A stretch of DNA of 64,000 nucleotides from Candidatus Roizmanbacteria bacterium RIFCSPHIGHO2_02_FULL_40_13b (lineage in GTDB: Bacteria > Patescibacteriota > Microgenomatia > UBA1406 > HO2-37-13b): contig MFZQ01000013.1 of NCBI GenBank assembly GCA_001789445.1, positions 4,596 to 68,595 on the forward strand, written 5' to 3'. Shown here in pieces: positions 28,674 to 38,620 of the stretch (position 1 is the first letter of the stretch; each line of letters opens with the position of its first letter). A program made the translations under genes and the position numbers. The notes under the pieces are model-generated. The model searched no databases. It was not told the origin of the DNA and worked only from the letters and a program-made list of their open reading frames with translations.

Positions 28674-30038
28674 ATGGAATCTGTGATAACCACCCCTTCT
28701 GTTCCCCTCCTTCACCAAGGAGGGGATTACAGGGGAGGTAGGAAGAATCTTGGTGTGATAATTTTATTACTATTTCTCCTTAGCGCAAAACCTACCTTTG
28801 CCTCATCAACTACTTCAAGAATAACCCTTCCTCTCACCACAAACTCCACGCTCGTGGTTTCCACCACAGAGAATACTGTCGACAAAAAAATCATCATCTC
28901 CGACCACCTTTCCTCTACACGTGTAATCCTCAACGAAGACGGCACAGAATCTTCATCGCTCTCATACTATCCATATGGAGAAGCACTTACCAACAATTTA
29001 ACCCCGCTTCGCCCGAGGCTTCGCGAGGGCGCAGCAATTTATCAATTTAACAATCGGTACTACACCGGCCAACGAAAACTTCCCGGTGACACTCTCTACA
29101 ACTACAACGCACGTTTCTACAATCCCATGCTCGGAATATTCACCCAACCAGATACGGTAGAAGGACCAAATAGGTTTGCCTATGTGGGTGGGAATCCAAT
29201 TATGGCAACTGATCCGAGTGGACATTTCGCATGTCCATCTTGTAAAGACAGATTTCCCAATAATCCAACAAAAGCAGATTCCATACCTGACCTGCTCACC
29301 TATGTCAAAGTTATAGTAAAGTCTGCTGGAATATATGATATTTTTTCATTGGAAACTCGAGTATTTGATACAGTAACAGGAATTGGATATAATCCCGAAC
29401 GTGACTATTGGGCAAAAACATCTACAAGTCTTAATAGGTATGTATCTAAAAATGATCTTGGGAATGCTGAAATGCTAGGTATGGCAATACCCATGAGTGC
29501 GGTTGGGGGTGCAGAAAGTGCCTTAGCAAAACTACCTACTCTTAGAGGGAGTATTCTTGCAGAAATTGAAGCTGGGGGTAAAAATGTAACGATGACGACA
29601 GTAAATCCAATTATTGATGAACTTATTGCTCAAGGGATGAGTCACGAAGATGCTATTGCAGTTGTTGGTCATAACATAAAACCGCCTTATGGTATGAGAA
29701 ATCATCCCGATGTAGATATTGGTCAAATTATGATAGATCATATACAGGGTAAACGAGGTCCGCCGACGGTAGATGAATGGTTAATGCAACCATCTCTTGT
29801 TTGTCAAGGTTGTGCAAATCTTGTGGGACTTATGGGAGAGTCGAGAGGACTTACAATGGTATATGGAGAATTTGAACATCTCCCCACAAGCTCACATGCG
29901 ATTGCTGGGGTTGTAAAAGATGGTGTGACGAGAGTAATGGATATCCTGCACAAATCGAATAGTATGGGCATTGATGAATATACCGAAGATTGGGTTAGAA
30001 GAATAGGAAGAATCACATCGGAAATTCGTTGGGACTAA
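28674..30038 (+). CDS. mini-Rhs (RHS-repeat-associated core) effector 1; C-terminal tip may be Cys-His-Asp (papain/transglutaminase-like)
   Basis: DHLSSTR, YYPYGE, YTGQR, YNYNARFYNP..G.FTQPD and YVGGNPIM..DPSG; tip has VCQGCA..SHAIA..VMD. Confidence 0.8.
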   Translation: MESVITTPSVPLLHQGGDYRGGRKNLGVIILLLFLLSAKPTFASSTTSRITLPLTTNSTLVVSTTENTVDKKIIISDHLSSTRVILNEDGTESSSLSYYPYGEALTNNLTPLRPRLREGAAIYQFNNRYYTGQRKLPGDTLYNYNARFYNPMLGIFTQPDTVEGPNRFAYVGGNPIMATDPSGHFACPSCKDRFPNNPTKADSIPDLLTYVKVIVKSAGIYDIFSLETRVFDTVTGIGYNPERDYWAKTSTSLNRYVSKNDLGNAEMLGMAIPMSAVGGAESALAKLPTLRGSILAEIEAGGKNVTMTTVNPIIDELIAQGMSHEDAIAVVGHNIKPPYGMRNHPDVDIGQIMIDHIQGKRGPPTVDEWLMQPSLVCQGCANLVGLMGESRGLTMVYGEFEHLPTSSHAIAGVVKDGVTRVMDILHKSNSMGIDEYTEDWVRRIGRITSEIRWD

Positions 30039-30048
30039 AATAATAAAC

Positions 30049-30081
30049 CTATGGAGTAGGAAACTTTGAGCACAGGATTTT
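30049..30081 (-). repeat. duplicated 3' end of glyA
   Basis: Encodes KILCSKFPTP*, identical to the GlyA terminus (30255-30287), with 6 synonymous differences. Confidence 0.85.
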
Positions 30082-30095
30082 CGGAATATTCTCTT

Positions 30096-30155
30096 CCACC
30101 TTTAAGGTGAATACGCACGGTTTTCGCAGAAAGTGACATAAACCGTGCCTATTCA
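30096..30155. repeat. family-C repeat (inverted copy at 59966-60040)
   Basis: CCACCTTTAAGGTGAATACGCAC..TTT.GCAG....CCGTGCCTATT. Confidence 0.7.
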
Positions 30156-30254
30156 TCCCAGGTGTGTACAGGCACGACTTTTGTCACTTTTTGGTAAAAT
30201 AAACCTGGATAATATAAAAATAACAAATACAATAACGACCCTAGAAGAAAAGTT

Positions 30255-31562
30255 TTACGGAGTTGGAAACTTGGAGCACAAAATTTTGACTTCTTTTTCA
30301 ATCTCTTTAATTCTTTTATTCCTCTTTATTTCCGTCCGGAAATTTTTGAGCATGACTTTACGCTCTTCTTTATCTTTTTTGAACCTATACTCCTTAACTT
30401 CATCGATTACTTCAACAATCCATCCAGCAATCCTTTTCATCTCGCCCTCCTTCATTCCTCGACTTGTGACAGCTGGCGTACCAAGTCTGATACCTGATGG
30501 ATAAAATGGGGGATTTTCATCGTGGGGAACAGAGTTGCGATTTGTGACAATTCCTGCCATCTCGAGTGCTTCAGCGACAATATTCCCATAAAGTCCAAGT
30601 GGTCGAAGATCGATGACCATCAAATGATTATCAGTTCCGCCGGTCGTGAGTGTGAGTCCTTTACTCATAAGTTCTTTGGAAAGAACGTGCGCGTTAGCCA
30701 CAATTTGAGCGGCATACTTTTTGAAATTGGGAGAAAGTGCCTCATACAATGTTATTGCAATAGATGCTGTCTGATGATCATGCGGTCCGCCTTGCAGGCC
30801 TGGAAATACCCCTCGGTCAATCTTTTTGCCCATTTCAGGATCCTTTTTTAATCCAACATCGGTGACTAAAATCATTGCACCCCGTGGTCCACGAAGCGTC
30901 TTATGAGTTGTTGTCATAACAATATCTGCATAGGGGACTGGTGAAGGATGAACTCCGCCTGCGATGAGGCCGGCAATGTGGGAAATATCCGCGAGTAAAT
31001 AGGCGCCCACACTATCTGCAATTATTCTCCACTTCTTCCAATCAAAAACTCGGGGATACGCAGTTGTTCCAACAACAATGATCTGTGGTTTTTCTTTTTT
31101 TGCAAGTTTTGCGACAGATTCCATATCAATGATGCCATTTATATCAACATCATATTGTACGGGCGTGAAATATTTACCAGAGAATGTGACATCTGGATGA
31201 CCATGGGTGAGATGTCCGCCGGGGCGAAGCATGAGCCCCATGATCTTGTCACCCGGTTTAAGAAGGGCGAAGTAAATCGCACTATTTGCAGGTGATCCAG
31301 AATAGGGTTGTACATTTACATGTGGAACGCCAAAAAGCTTCTTTGCACGCTCAATTGCCAACGTCTCGATTTGATCTATGAATTTGTTTCCTTGATAGTA
31401 TCGAGCCCCACTGTAGCCTTCAGAATACTTATTTGAGAGGACCGTTCCGAGGGCTTTCAAAACATCCTTTGACGCATAGTTTTCTGAAGGAATCATCATG
31501 AGCGTATCCCGCTGGCGTCGCTCTTCCTTTTTTATTAGATTTGTAATCTGTATATCCTTCAT
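30255..31562 (-). CDS. glyA: serine hydroxymethyltransferase
   Basis: PSENY, NKYSEGY..ARYY, NVQPYSGS, GGHLTHG and TTTHKTLRGPRG. Start at MKDIQ; the upstream extension is REP-derived. Confidence 0.97.
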   Translation of the reverse strand: MKDIQITNLIKKEERRQRDTLMMIPSENYASKDVLKALGTVLSNKYSEGYSGARYYQGNKFIDQIETLAIERAKKLFGVPHVNVQPYSGSPANSAIYFALLKPGDKIMGLMLRPGGHLTHGHPDVTFSGKYFTPVQYDVDINGIIDMESVAKLAKKEKPQIIVVGTTAYPRVFDWKKWRIIADSVGAYLLADISHIAGLIAGGVHPSPVPYADIVMTTTHKTLRGPRGAMILVTDVGLKKDPEMGKKIDRGVFPGLQGGPHDHQTASIAITLYEALSPNFKKYAAQIVANAHVLSKELMSKGLTLTTGGTDNHLMVIDLRPLGLYGNIVAEALEMAGIVTNRNSVPHDENPPFYPSGIRLGTPAVTSRGMKEGEMKRIAGWIVEVIDEVKEYRFKKDKEERKVMLKNFRTEIKRNKRIKEIEKEVKILCSKFPTP

Positions 31563-31616
31563 TGGGCATACTATAAATGAGACAGTTGAACTTTTCAAGT
31601 AGGATAACAGAATTCT

Positions 31617-31798
31617 GGATTCCCGCCTCCGCGGGAATGACAACAATGTCAATTGAAGTCCCACTTTTCGGGACTCAAAATAGGTATCTACGCGAAATAT
31701 CTGTTAACCAATGAAAAAGGAAGTGCAGATACCTGTTTTGCGAAGTCAAATGGGGCCCCCAGCAGGGGTGAATTGCGAGCAAAATACGGTATCAAGCG
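31617..31798. repeat. REP plus family-B elements
   Basis: GATTCCCGCCTCCGCGGGAATGACA; ..AAATAGGTATCTACGCG; inverted full copy at 31723-31798. Confidence 0.8.
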
Positions 31799-31866
31799 AC
31801 CTTTTTCAGTTCTTATCGAGCGAGATATCAATTGAAAATTGATTAATATAACGTTACTATCAGAGT

Positions 31867-32415
31867 ATGGAAATACTTGTTGATGATCTTCTTTGGAATT
31901 ATTTGTCAAAAGGGCAACGTGATCTCATCGAACAGGGTCGCTACATGATGAAAAACGTGGTTGAGGATAGCAAGTTCACGTTTTCAGACTATTCATTCGT
32001 TGTTTTCCCTTTTGCAAAGGCATATGAAGGATTTCTAAAGCAAATTCTCCTTGACCTGAAATTTATCGATGAGCGCGACTATGTCTCCGATCATTTCAGA
32101 ATCGGCAAGGTCCTTTCTCCAAACCTTGTGCGTAAACTGGGGAATAAGTCTGTGTACAAAAAAATTTGTGATTCGGTCGGATGTGATTTGAGCGACGAAA
32201 TTTGGGATACCTGGAAAATCGGTCGCAATCAGGTTTTTCATTACTTTCCGCATAATCTCAAGTCTTTATCTCTACAAGAAGCACAAGACATTATTGAAAA
32301 TATTCTTATGACAATGGATACGGTCGTGAAAAAATTGAAGATTGCTAAAGTTAAAAGTAGACTCGTAGATTTGAGCGAGTTGAAAAATATACAAACAAGT
32401 AATCAGACGGTTTAA
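31867..32415 (+). CDS. RnlA/RNase LS-like HEPN protein
   Basis: DYSFVVFPFAKAYEGFLK and the Rx4H motif RNQVFH. Confidence 0.7.
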   Translation: MEILVDDLLWNYLSKGQRDLIEQGRYMMKNVVEDSKFTFSDYSFVVFPFAKAYEGFLKQILLDLKFIDERDYVSDHFRIGKVLSPNLVRKLGNKSVYKKICDSVGCDLSDEIWDTWKIGRNQVFHYFPHNLKSLSLQEAQDIIENILMTMDTVVKKLKIAKVKSRLVDLSELKNIQTSNQTV

Positions 32416-32465
32416 ACTGCGAAGAATATCTAATAGAACAGTTAGAATAGTGTAAAATATGTTTT

Positions 32466-32523
32466 TGTCATTCCCGCGGAGGCGGGAATCCATATGGATC
32501 CCCGATCGGGGTCGGGGATGACA
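32466..32523. repeat. REP dimer
   Basis: TGTCATTCCCGCGGAGGCGGGAATCCATATGGATCCCCGATCGGGGTCGGGGATGACA. Confidence 0.9.
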
Positions 32524-32584
32524 AAAAAATGAGCGTGCTCGATCGGGTATTCTCACAGTTTGTAAGTTATGATATAATTTTCTC

Positions 32585-33577
32585 ATGAAATCAAGAATTT
32601 TTTCTGGAATCCAACCCTCGGGAGATCTGCATATAGGTAACTATTTAGGAGCGCTTGCGCAGTGGAGCAAGCTTCAAGAAAGTGGAGACTATGAAATCTT
32701 ATTTTGTGTGGTTGATTTGCACGCAATAACGGTTCCGCAAGATCCAGTGATTTTAAAGAAAAAGATTCGTGAAGTAGCTGCACTGTACATTGCATGTGGA
32801 ATTGATCCTTCCAAATCTAAAATCTTCATACAATCCGAAAATCCAGATCATGCCTATTTGACCTGGATCTTCGATTGTATTACGCCTATGGGATGGATGG
32901 AACGGATGACACAGTATAAAGATAAGTCGAAAAAAAACGGAGAACGCACGTCTGTAGGTCTTTTCAATTATCCACTGCTTATGGCAAGCGATATTCTCCT
33001 CTATGACCCCGATCTTGTGCCTGTTGGCGACGATCAAAAACAGCATCTGGAACTTGCGGCAGATGTTGCAGAAAAATTTAACAAAACTTTTGGAGAGGCA
33101 TTTAAGATTCCTAAAATATTTAATCAAAAAGAAACCGCGAGAATCATGAGTCTTTCAAATCCCACAGCAAAGATGAGTAAATCTGATGAAGATCCTTCCG
33201 GAAGCATTCTTCTTTTAGATGACGCAGAAACAATCGAGAAAAAGGTCAAACGTGCGGTTACTGATTCAGGAAATGAAATACAGTATCACTCGGATAAACC
33301 AGCAATCTCTAATTTGCTTGCAATTTATAGCGGATTTTCGGGCACATCGATCGAGAACGCAGAGCGGAAGAACAAAAACTCTTCATACGGAGAATTTAAG
33401 GCTGATTTAGCTTCAGTTTTAGTCGAAAAATTGGGTGAAATTCAAAGAAGATTCAATGAACTTATTAAAGATGAAGCCCATCTCAATACAGTTTTAGATG
33501 AGGGTCGAGACTTTGCGCATAGTATTTCTTCAAAAAAAATTGAGCTGGTGAAGGATTTGGTTGGATTGCGTCGATGA
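32585..33577 (+). CDS. trpS: tryptophanyl-tRNA synthetase
   Basis: SGIQPSGDLHIGNYLGA, YPLLMASDILLY, VPVGDDQKQH and KMSKS. Confidence 0.97.
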   Translation: MKSRIFSGIQPSGDLHIGNYLGALAQWSKLQESGDYEILFCVVDLHAITVPQDPVILKKKIREVAALYIACGIDPSKSKIFIQSENPDHAYLTWIFDCITPMGWMERMTQYKDKSKKNGERTSVGLFNYPLLMASDILLYDPDLVPVGDDQKQHLELAADVAEKFNKTFGEAFKIPKIFNQKETARIMSLSNPTAKMSKSDEDPSGSILLLDDAETIEKKVKRAVTDSGNEIQYHSDKPAISNLLAIYSGFSGTSIENAERKNKNSSYGEFKADLASVLVEKLGEIQRRFNELIKDEAHLNTVLDEGRDFAHSISSKKIELVKDLVGLRR

Positions 33578-33589
33578 TTGTCTTTAAAA

Positions 33590-34546
33590 CTACGTCTTAC
33601 TATACCATGTAGAACGACCTTTTCCATGAGAAAAAAGCACTCCAACAATGGTTAACTTTGCCAAATCTCGCGATGCAGTGATTTGAGAAACGCTAAACTT
33701 TTTTTGAACTTGTTTATTTGTGATCCGTGACTTTGGATCCTCAAGCATTTGTATAATTTCTCTTTGCCGAGAATTAAGACTAAGTAGTCGTGTACTAAAG
33801 ATAGGATTATTTGAACTATCATTCATTTTTTGCAATATTTGACTCGTCTGACTTATTAGTACATCTGTGAAATATTCAAGCCAAGTTGTTATATTGTTGT
33901 ATTCCTGTGCTGTTTTAAGAACATAGTCGTGCTCATCAGTATTCTTAATCCACTCGGCTTCTATATTCAATAATTCTCGAAAGTCATAGCCATATTTGTA
34001 AAGAAATACATAGGCATGAAGGGTTGCTATGATTTTCTTAGACTCGAGCTCGAGGTCTTTATTCATCAGTATCTGGGAATAACATATTCCTGCTTGTATG
34101 ACCGGGTGCTCATTTCCAATATTTAAATAGTCAAATAATTGATTGAATTGATCTTTAAATTGTCTTTTCATCAAATTTGAAGATGTATTTCTGTTGACTC
34201 CATTTATATACGTATTTAATTTTAAGAGAACCTCAAAAGTTACTTTTTCACTTGAAACATACCACTCATATCGAATAAAATCGAATGCTTTTTTAATTCC
34301 GATAATTTTCTTTTCTTTTGCGGACTGAACTTTTGAAGATATAATAATCTTATTGATTTCAGATAGGGAAGTAGTTAGCTCATCTTGAAACAAAGCATCT
34401 TTAATACGCATGGTACGTATAGACCATTGGTAATACAGTAATCTTTTTCTATCAATTGGGGCTACATGAAGTTCCTTACGCAACTCTTCGAGTTTTTCTA
34501 ATTTATGGTTTAGATTGTCACTAAGTGAATATGCAATTATTGACAT
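33590..34546 (-). CDS. degenerate Fic-domain protein with C-terminal DeoR-like wHTH
   Basis: HPVIQAGI present but HPFxxGNGR lost; LNSRQREI..ITNKQVQKKFSVSQITASRDLAKL..GKGRSTWY. Confidence 0.75.
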   Translation of the reverse strand: MSIIAYSLSDNLNHKLEKLEELRKELHVAPIDRKRLLYYQWSIRTMRIKDALFQDELTTSLSEINKIIISSKVQSAKEKKIIGIKKAFDFIRYEWYVSSEKVTFEVLLKLNTYINGVNRNTSSNLMKRQFKDQFNQLFDYLNIGNEHPVIQAGICYSQILMNKDLELESKKIIATLHAYVFLYKYGYDFRELLNIEAEWIKNTDEHDYVLKTAQEYNNITTWLEYFTDVLISQTSQILQKMNDSSNNPIFSTRLLSLNSRQREIIQMLEDPKSRITNKQVQKKFSVSQITASRDLAKLTIVGVLFSHGKGRSTWYSKT

Positions 34547-34555
34547 ATTACTATG

Positions 34556-34696
34556 ATCTTATCATAATCGTGTCATTGTGTCAACAAAGAAGTATTTATT
34601 AATTATAAGCAGTAGAAACAGTCTAAATTAAAAATAATGATAAGATTATGATAAGATAAAAAGGTCCTTGACAAAGCAAAAAGATTATGATCTACT
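34556..34696. promoter_or_regulatory. divergent promoters with repeated GATTATGATAAGAT sites
   Basis: Copies at 34556-34569 (minus), 34644-34657 and 34683-34691 (partial); TTGACA at 34668 (+) and 34584 (-). Confidence 0.6.
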
Positions 34697-34758
34697 TAAT
34701 ATAGATTGGTAGGGGATTAGGCGTTATATATTACTAGCATCAAAGGAGGTGAGGTAGA

Positions 34759-34899
34759 ATGTTAAATGGAATTGGAGCGGGGGAATTGTTGTTAATTTCA
34801 TTTGTATTATTGGTTCTTTTCGGAGGAAAAAAGCTTCCAGAGTTGGCACGCGGAATAGGAAGCTCAATAAGTGAACTTCGAAAAGCGGCTCATGAATGA
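34759..34899 (+). CDS. tatA: TatA/E subunit (not in ORF track)
   Basis: MLNGIGAGELLLISFVLLVLFGGKKLPELARGIGSSISELRKAAHE; SD GGAGGTG. Confidence 0.92.
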   Translation: MLNGIGAGELLLISFVLLVLFGGKKLPELARGIGSSISELRKAAHE

Positions 34900-37127
34900 G
34901 TATGAGAATCAAAGTTTTGAGTAAAAATTGTTTCAGAGTTATATCTATATCGACGTTAATTGTTGCCGCCCTGATTGGGCCAACATCGGTCAGGGCAGCA
35001 GCAAATTCGCAATCATGTCCAGTATCTTCTTCGTGTATTGTTGGTGAGTTTTTATACGATGACGCATATGTCCCAATTACGAATGCAACGTGTTCAATTA
35101 CCTCCCACTACCCTGATGGATCCATGTACTTTAACGCCCAAGCACTAACAGGGACTTCTGATGGGTGGTATGGACACAACTTTACTACTTCATCTACTGA
35201 AGGAATGTATCGTTCGCAGATTTGCTGTACAGCGGGCACAGAATACCTCTGTATTGATAAATCATTTACCGTTGTGGCACAATCTACCCAAAGCAGTGCT
35301 CCTTCTACGAATGATATTGCTTCAGCTGTTTGGGGATACTCTGGAAGGACGCTTACGGGCTTTAATTCGCTTATTTCAGATATTTGGTCTAGTGCTGCAA
35401 GAACACTTACTGGTGCTGGTCTAACAAGCGGTAGCATAGCTACAATAGAAAAAACAACAAACGAAACAAGATTACTTTTGGAAAAACAAGTCAACAAGCC
35501 TACGGTTAAAAGCTTTATCGAAGAAGAGCCAAAATTACAGGCAAAACTTGATGCAACAAAAGAAAATGCAAAAAACATCTATTTTACTACGGCGCAAATT
35601 CAAAAAAATGTAAAGAAACTACAAAGTAAATGGGCAAATATATCTACTACTTCTCGACTTGAACAAATAAATACGCTTGCGGGGCTCATTGGAAATACAA
35701 CAGATAATTCGGCAAAAAAAACGCTATTTGGAATGAATAAATGGTTTATATCACGATGGAATTTTTCATCGGGAAAATTGAGCACAACATATATAACTGA
35801 TTTATATACACAAATAAAGAATACACAACAATCACTTATTTCCGGAAACAAAAACACAACAGTGTTTCCTGTACAAGCTATGATTTCTGCTAATCTATTA
35901 CGTGATTCTATCGGAGACGTGGCTGACGATGAGATGGATGCAACGTTGTTTGGAGAAATATCAGAGATCAATCAATATCATGCTGATTTAGAGACATATT
36001 CACAAAAATTAGTAACAATCCAAAAAGACTGGAAGAAATTGGATACAACAAAAAAACAAAAACTTGTTGTTGAATATAACCGTGATATCCTTGCCCTCAA
36101 TCGTATTCCACAAATTGGGGCGATACAGGGTATAACGACTTCAGTAACTACGGATAAACAGCTGAGAAACAGTTTCCTATCGTTATTGGGCTTAGTAAAA
36201 GCAAACAAGCGTCATCTTGCTCAAAATCCAGAAACAAGCTTTGCGAGCACGTGGCTTGAGTTGGGGAGTATCGTTTTTAAAACACTTGTTACCAATCCAT
36301 CGACATTAATAACTCAAACGACAGAAGTTAAATATTATCTACCAAAAGAAGTTAAAAAACAGTCAATTATCAGTATGGATAAAGAATTAACATTGAAATT
36401 TGATGAACAAAAAGGCCAATATTACGTGATTGGTGAATTCGAACTTGAACCTGGTGAATCAAAAACGGTTTCTGTGAGTACGAGTGATATTTGGAGTATT
36501 GTAGACGATGAGCTCAAATCATTAAAAGCACAAGCAAGCGCACTGCTTAAACCACTCGAAAAAACTCCCTATTTTGCCCAAGGAGTTACATTACAAAGCG
36601 ATATTGAGGTTGCACTTGATAAAATTAAACTTAACCAAGAACGTGCGGAGACACCAGAAGAGAAGTTATTTACCTATAGCGAATCCGAGATAGAACTCAA
36701 GTCTGTTAAAACAAAAATTGATACGTTAAAAGATCTAGCATCGCAAGTAAGTTCAAGTAGCACCCTACTTGGATTTGTTGGCGCAACACAGTCGTTAGCT
36801 GTGTGGGGACTTATCATAATAATGAGTGCAGGATTTGTATTTCTTACACTATACATGCGAAAACTCTCGAATGTGCCTGGGGAAACACAAAAAATACCAA
36901 AATCAAAAAAGAAGAAGGCAGTTATTGCCGAAGTAAAGGTACCACTATCAAATAAGCTTAGAGTGAATCTGCATGTTGTAGTTTTTGTATTGCTGTATGG
37001 TGCATCAGTATCATTGTTCTCTGTTTATGCAACGTCTAAACTAGTATCAAATCAGAATAATGGTCTAAATGCGCAGGTATTAGGAACTCAAACCCAAAGT
37101 TCACCGCTGTGCCCTTCAAGTAAATAA
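34896..37127 (+). CDS. large exported protein with Sec signal, coiled coils and two C-terminal TMs
   Basis: Signal ..TSVRA, Cys-containing Ig-like N-domain, IASAVWGYSGRTLT repeat, QVLG tail; coupled to tatA by ATGA overlap. Confidence 0.75.
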   Translation: MSMRIKVLSKNCFRVISISTLIVAALIGPTSVRAAANSQSCPVSSSCIVGEFLYDDAYVPITNATCSITSHYPDGSMYFNAQALTGTSDGWYGHNFTTSSTEGMYRSQICCTAGTEYLCIDKSFTVVAQSTQSSAPSTNDIASAVWGYSGRTLTGFNSLISDIWSSAARTLTGAGLTSGSIATIEKTTNETRLLLEKQVNKPTVKSFIEEEPKLQAKLDATKENAKNIYFTTAQIQKNVKKLQSKWANISTTSRLEQINTLAGLIGNTTDNSAKKTLFGMNKWFISRWNFSSGKLSTTYITDLYTQIKNTQQSLISGNKNTTVFPVQAMISANLLRDSIGDVADDEMDATLFGEISEINQYHADLETYSQKLVTIQKDWKKLDTTKKQKLVVEYNRDILALNRIPQIGAIQGITTSVTTDKQLRNSFLSLLGLVKANKRHLAQNPETSFASTWLELGSIVFKTLVTNPSTLITQTTEVKYYLPKEVKKQSIISMDKELTLKFDEQKGQYYVIGEFELEPGESKTVSVSTSDIWSIVDDELKSLKAQASALLKPLEKTPYFAQGVTLQSDIEVALDKIKLNQERAETPEEKLFTYSESEIELKSVKTKIDTLKDLASQVSSSSTLLGFVGATQSLAVWGLIIIMSAGFVFLTLYMRKLSNVPGETQKIPKSKKKKAVIAEVKVPLSNKLRVNLHVVVFVLLYGASVSLFSVYATSKLVSNQNNGLNAQVLGTQTQSSPLCPSSK

Positions 37128-37529
37128 GAGTACGAACTGTGGAATTGCCAGATTATACCCGTGATGCAGGAGTATTGATGCTGTAACTCCAAGTATAACT
37201 CCTTTTCTACCCTTTCTGAATGAATATGCGATTATGAGCGATGACGTAACATGAAGTGGAATAGTCAAAAACAGTCGCAAAATAAAACTTGCTGTGTTTC
37301 CTACACGTACAATATTAAACAAATAGAGTATGCTTTCTGAAATGGAAAAAAGAATACCAATACAAAGTCCTGTGATAAATGGATTGTATGAAACTTCATT
37401 TTTCTTTGAAAAAAAAATTGTGACCGCTTTTGCAAATTCTTCTACAACTGCAGGGTAGGGAAGAATTTGTTCAAGTGGCCACAATATAAAGGGGAGTATT
37501 GCAGCAATAAGCGGCGTTACTATGAACAT
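37116..37529 (-). CDS. minimal PrsW-family intramembrane glutamic/metalloprotease
   Basis: VVEEFAKA, F.ISES.LY, R...T.PLH and LLHHGYN. Confidence 0.8.
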   Translation of the reverse strand: MFIVTPLIAAILPFILWPLEQILPYPAVVEEFAKAVTIFFSKKNEVSYNPFITGLCIGILFSISESILYLFNIVRVGNTASFILRLFLTIPLHVTSSLIIAYSFRKGRKGVILGVTASILLHHGYNLAIPQFVLLFT

Positions 37530-37535
37530 ACATGT

Positions 37536-37679
37536 TTATTTATCTGAAATTGATTTTTTAAACTCTCGAATTGCTTCACCAAGACCACGTGCCAACTCTG
37601 GAAGCTTTTTCCCCCCGAAAAGCACGAGCAAAACGATAGCAATTATAACTATTTCAGTTGTACCGATTCCTCCTAACAT
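37536..37679 (-). CDS. tatA: TatA/E subunit (not in ORF track)
   Basis: MLGGIGTTEIVIIAIVLLVLFGGKKLPELARGLGEAIREFKKSISDK; SD GAGGAGGTG. Confidence 0.93.
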   Translation of the reverse strand: MLGGIGTTEIVIIAIVLLVLFGGKKLPELARGLGEAIREFKKSISDK

Positions 37680-37721
37680 ATTATTTGCACCTCCTCTCGT
37701 ATATTCATTCTGTATGTATTA

Positions 37722-38474
37722 TCATACATGATTTCTTAATATAAATCTATTAAGTATAACGGTAAGCTCAAAAAGTAGGATGAGCGGTATAGTAAGGAAA
37801 ACGAGGGAAAGTAGGTCTGTTGGCGGTAATAACGCCGCAAAAAGTAACGATATTGCATATGCAAAGATACGTTTATCAACTAATGCTTTGTACTTAATAA
37901 TTTTTACTTTTAGGAGAATTGTTAAAAAAATTGGAAACTGGAACCCAATTCCCATAAGAAGTCCAGTAATAATAACTTGTGATAAGAATTGAGATACATC
38001 TAAGAAGTTTCCAATATGTAATTGCAATGATTTTTCATAAAATAAGATGATCATATACCTCATGATGACTATCCCAAATACCATCCCAAAAATAAAGAGG
38101 ATAATACTTAGAGGGATTAACGAGACAATGAGTCGAAATTCTTTTTTTGTTAGGGCGGGGCGAATAAATAATAGTATTTGCAATACAATTAAAGGAAATA
38201 CAAGAATTGAACCCAAAAGTAACGCAGTATTTATTGCTAAGTTTAGAAATTGAAATGGTGAAGTAAAAACAATATTTATGCCTTTAAAATCAAAAACGGT
38301 AAGAATGATTTTAATGATTGCTTCATAATAAATAAACCCGAGTGCTGATCCGATAAAAAATACAGCAAAAATTAAAACAACCCGTCTTCTGACTTCCATT
38401 AAGAAAGGCATGTATTGTTCGCGTGCATCTAGCAAAGAAGGAATGGTTCCTGATTGTTTCATAGAAGAATTCAT
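37722..38474 (-). CDS. tatC: twin-arginine translocase TatC
   Basis: L.EVRRR, FTSPFQ, FIRPAL..KE, G.GFQFP, AALLPPTD and PL.LLFE; 6 TM helices. Confidence 0.93.
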   Translation of the reverse strand: MNSSMKQSGTIPSLLDAREQYMPFLMEVRRRVVLIFAVFFIGSALGFIYYEAIIKIILTVFDFKGINIVFTSPFQFLNLAINTALLLGSILVFPLIVLQILLFIRPALTKKEFRLIVSLIPLSIILFIFGMVFGIVIMRYMIILFYEKSLQLHIGNFLDVSQFLSQVIITGLLMGIGFQFPIFLTILLKVKIIKYKALVDKRIFAYAISLLFAALLPPTDLLSLVFLTIPLILLFELTVILNRFILRNHV

Positions 38475-38477
38475 ATA

Positions 38478-38615
38478 TTACTTATCCGTATCTTTTAAGC
38501 TTTTTTTGAATTCTTTTACAGATTGTCCAAGCGATTTAATAAATTCAGGTATGCGTTTACCACCGAAAAAGAGCAGTATTAATAGTGCAATAATCAAAAC
38601 TTCTGTAGTTCCCAT
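38478..38615 (-). CDS. tatA: TatA/E subunit (not in ORF track)
   Basis: MGTTEVLIIALLILLFFGGKRIPEFIKSLGQSVKEFKKSLKDTDK. Confidence 0.92.
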   Translation of the reverse strand: MGTTEVLIIALLILLFFGGKRIPEFIKSLGQSVKEFKKSLKDTDK

Positions 38616-38620
38616 AGTAG

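Noticed and set aside
31563..31664. N-terminal extension of GlyA, and similar ORF-track extensions of hisR, ndk and nusG
   Set aside because: They read through repeat or upstream-gene sequence from non-ATG starts; better ATG starts lie downstream.
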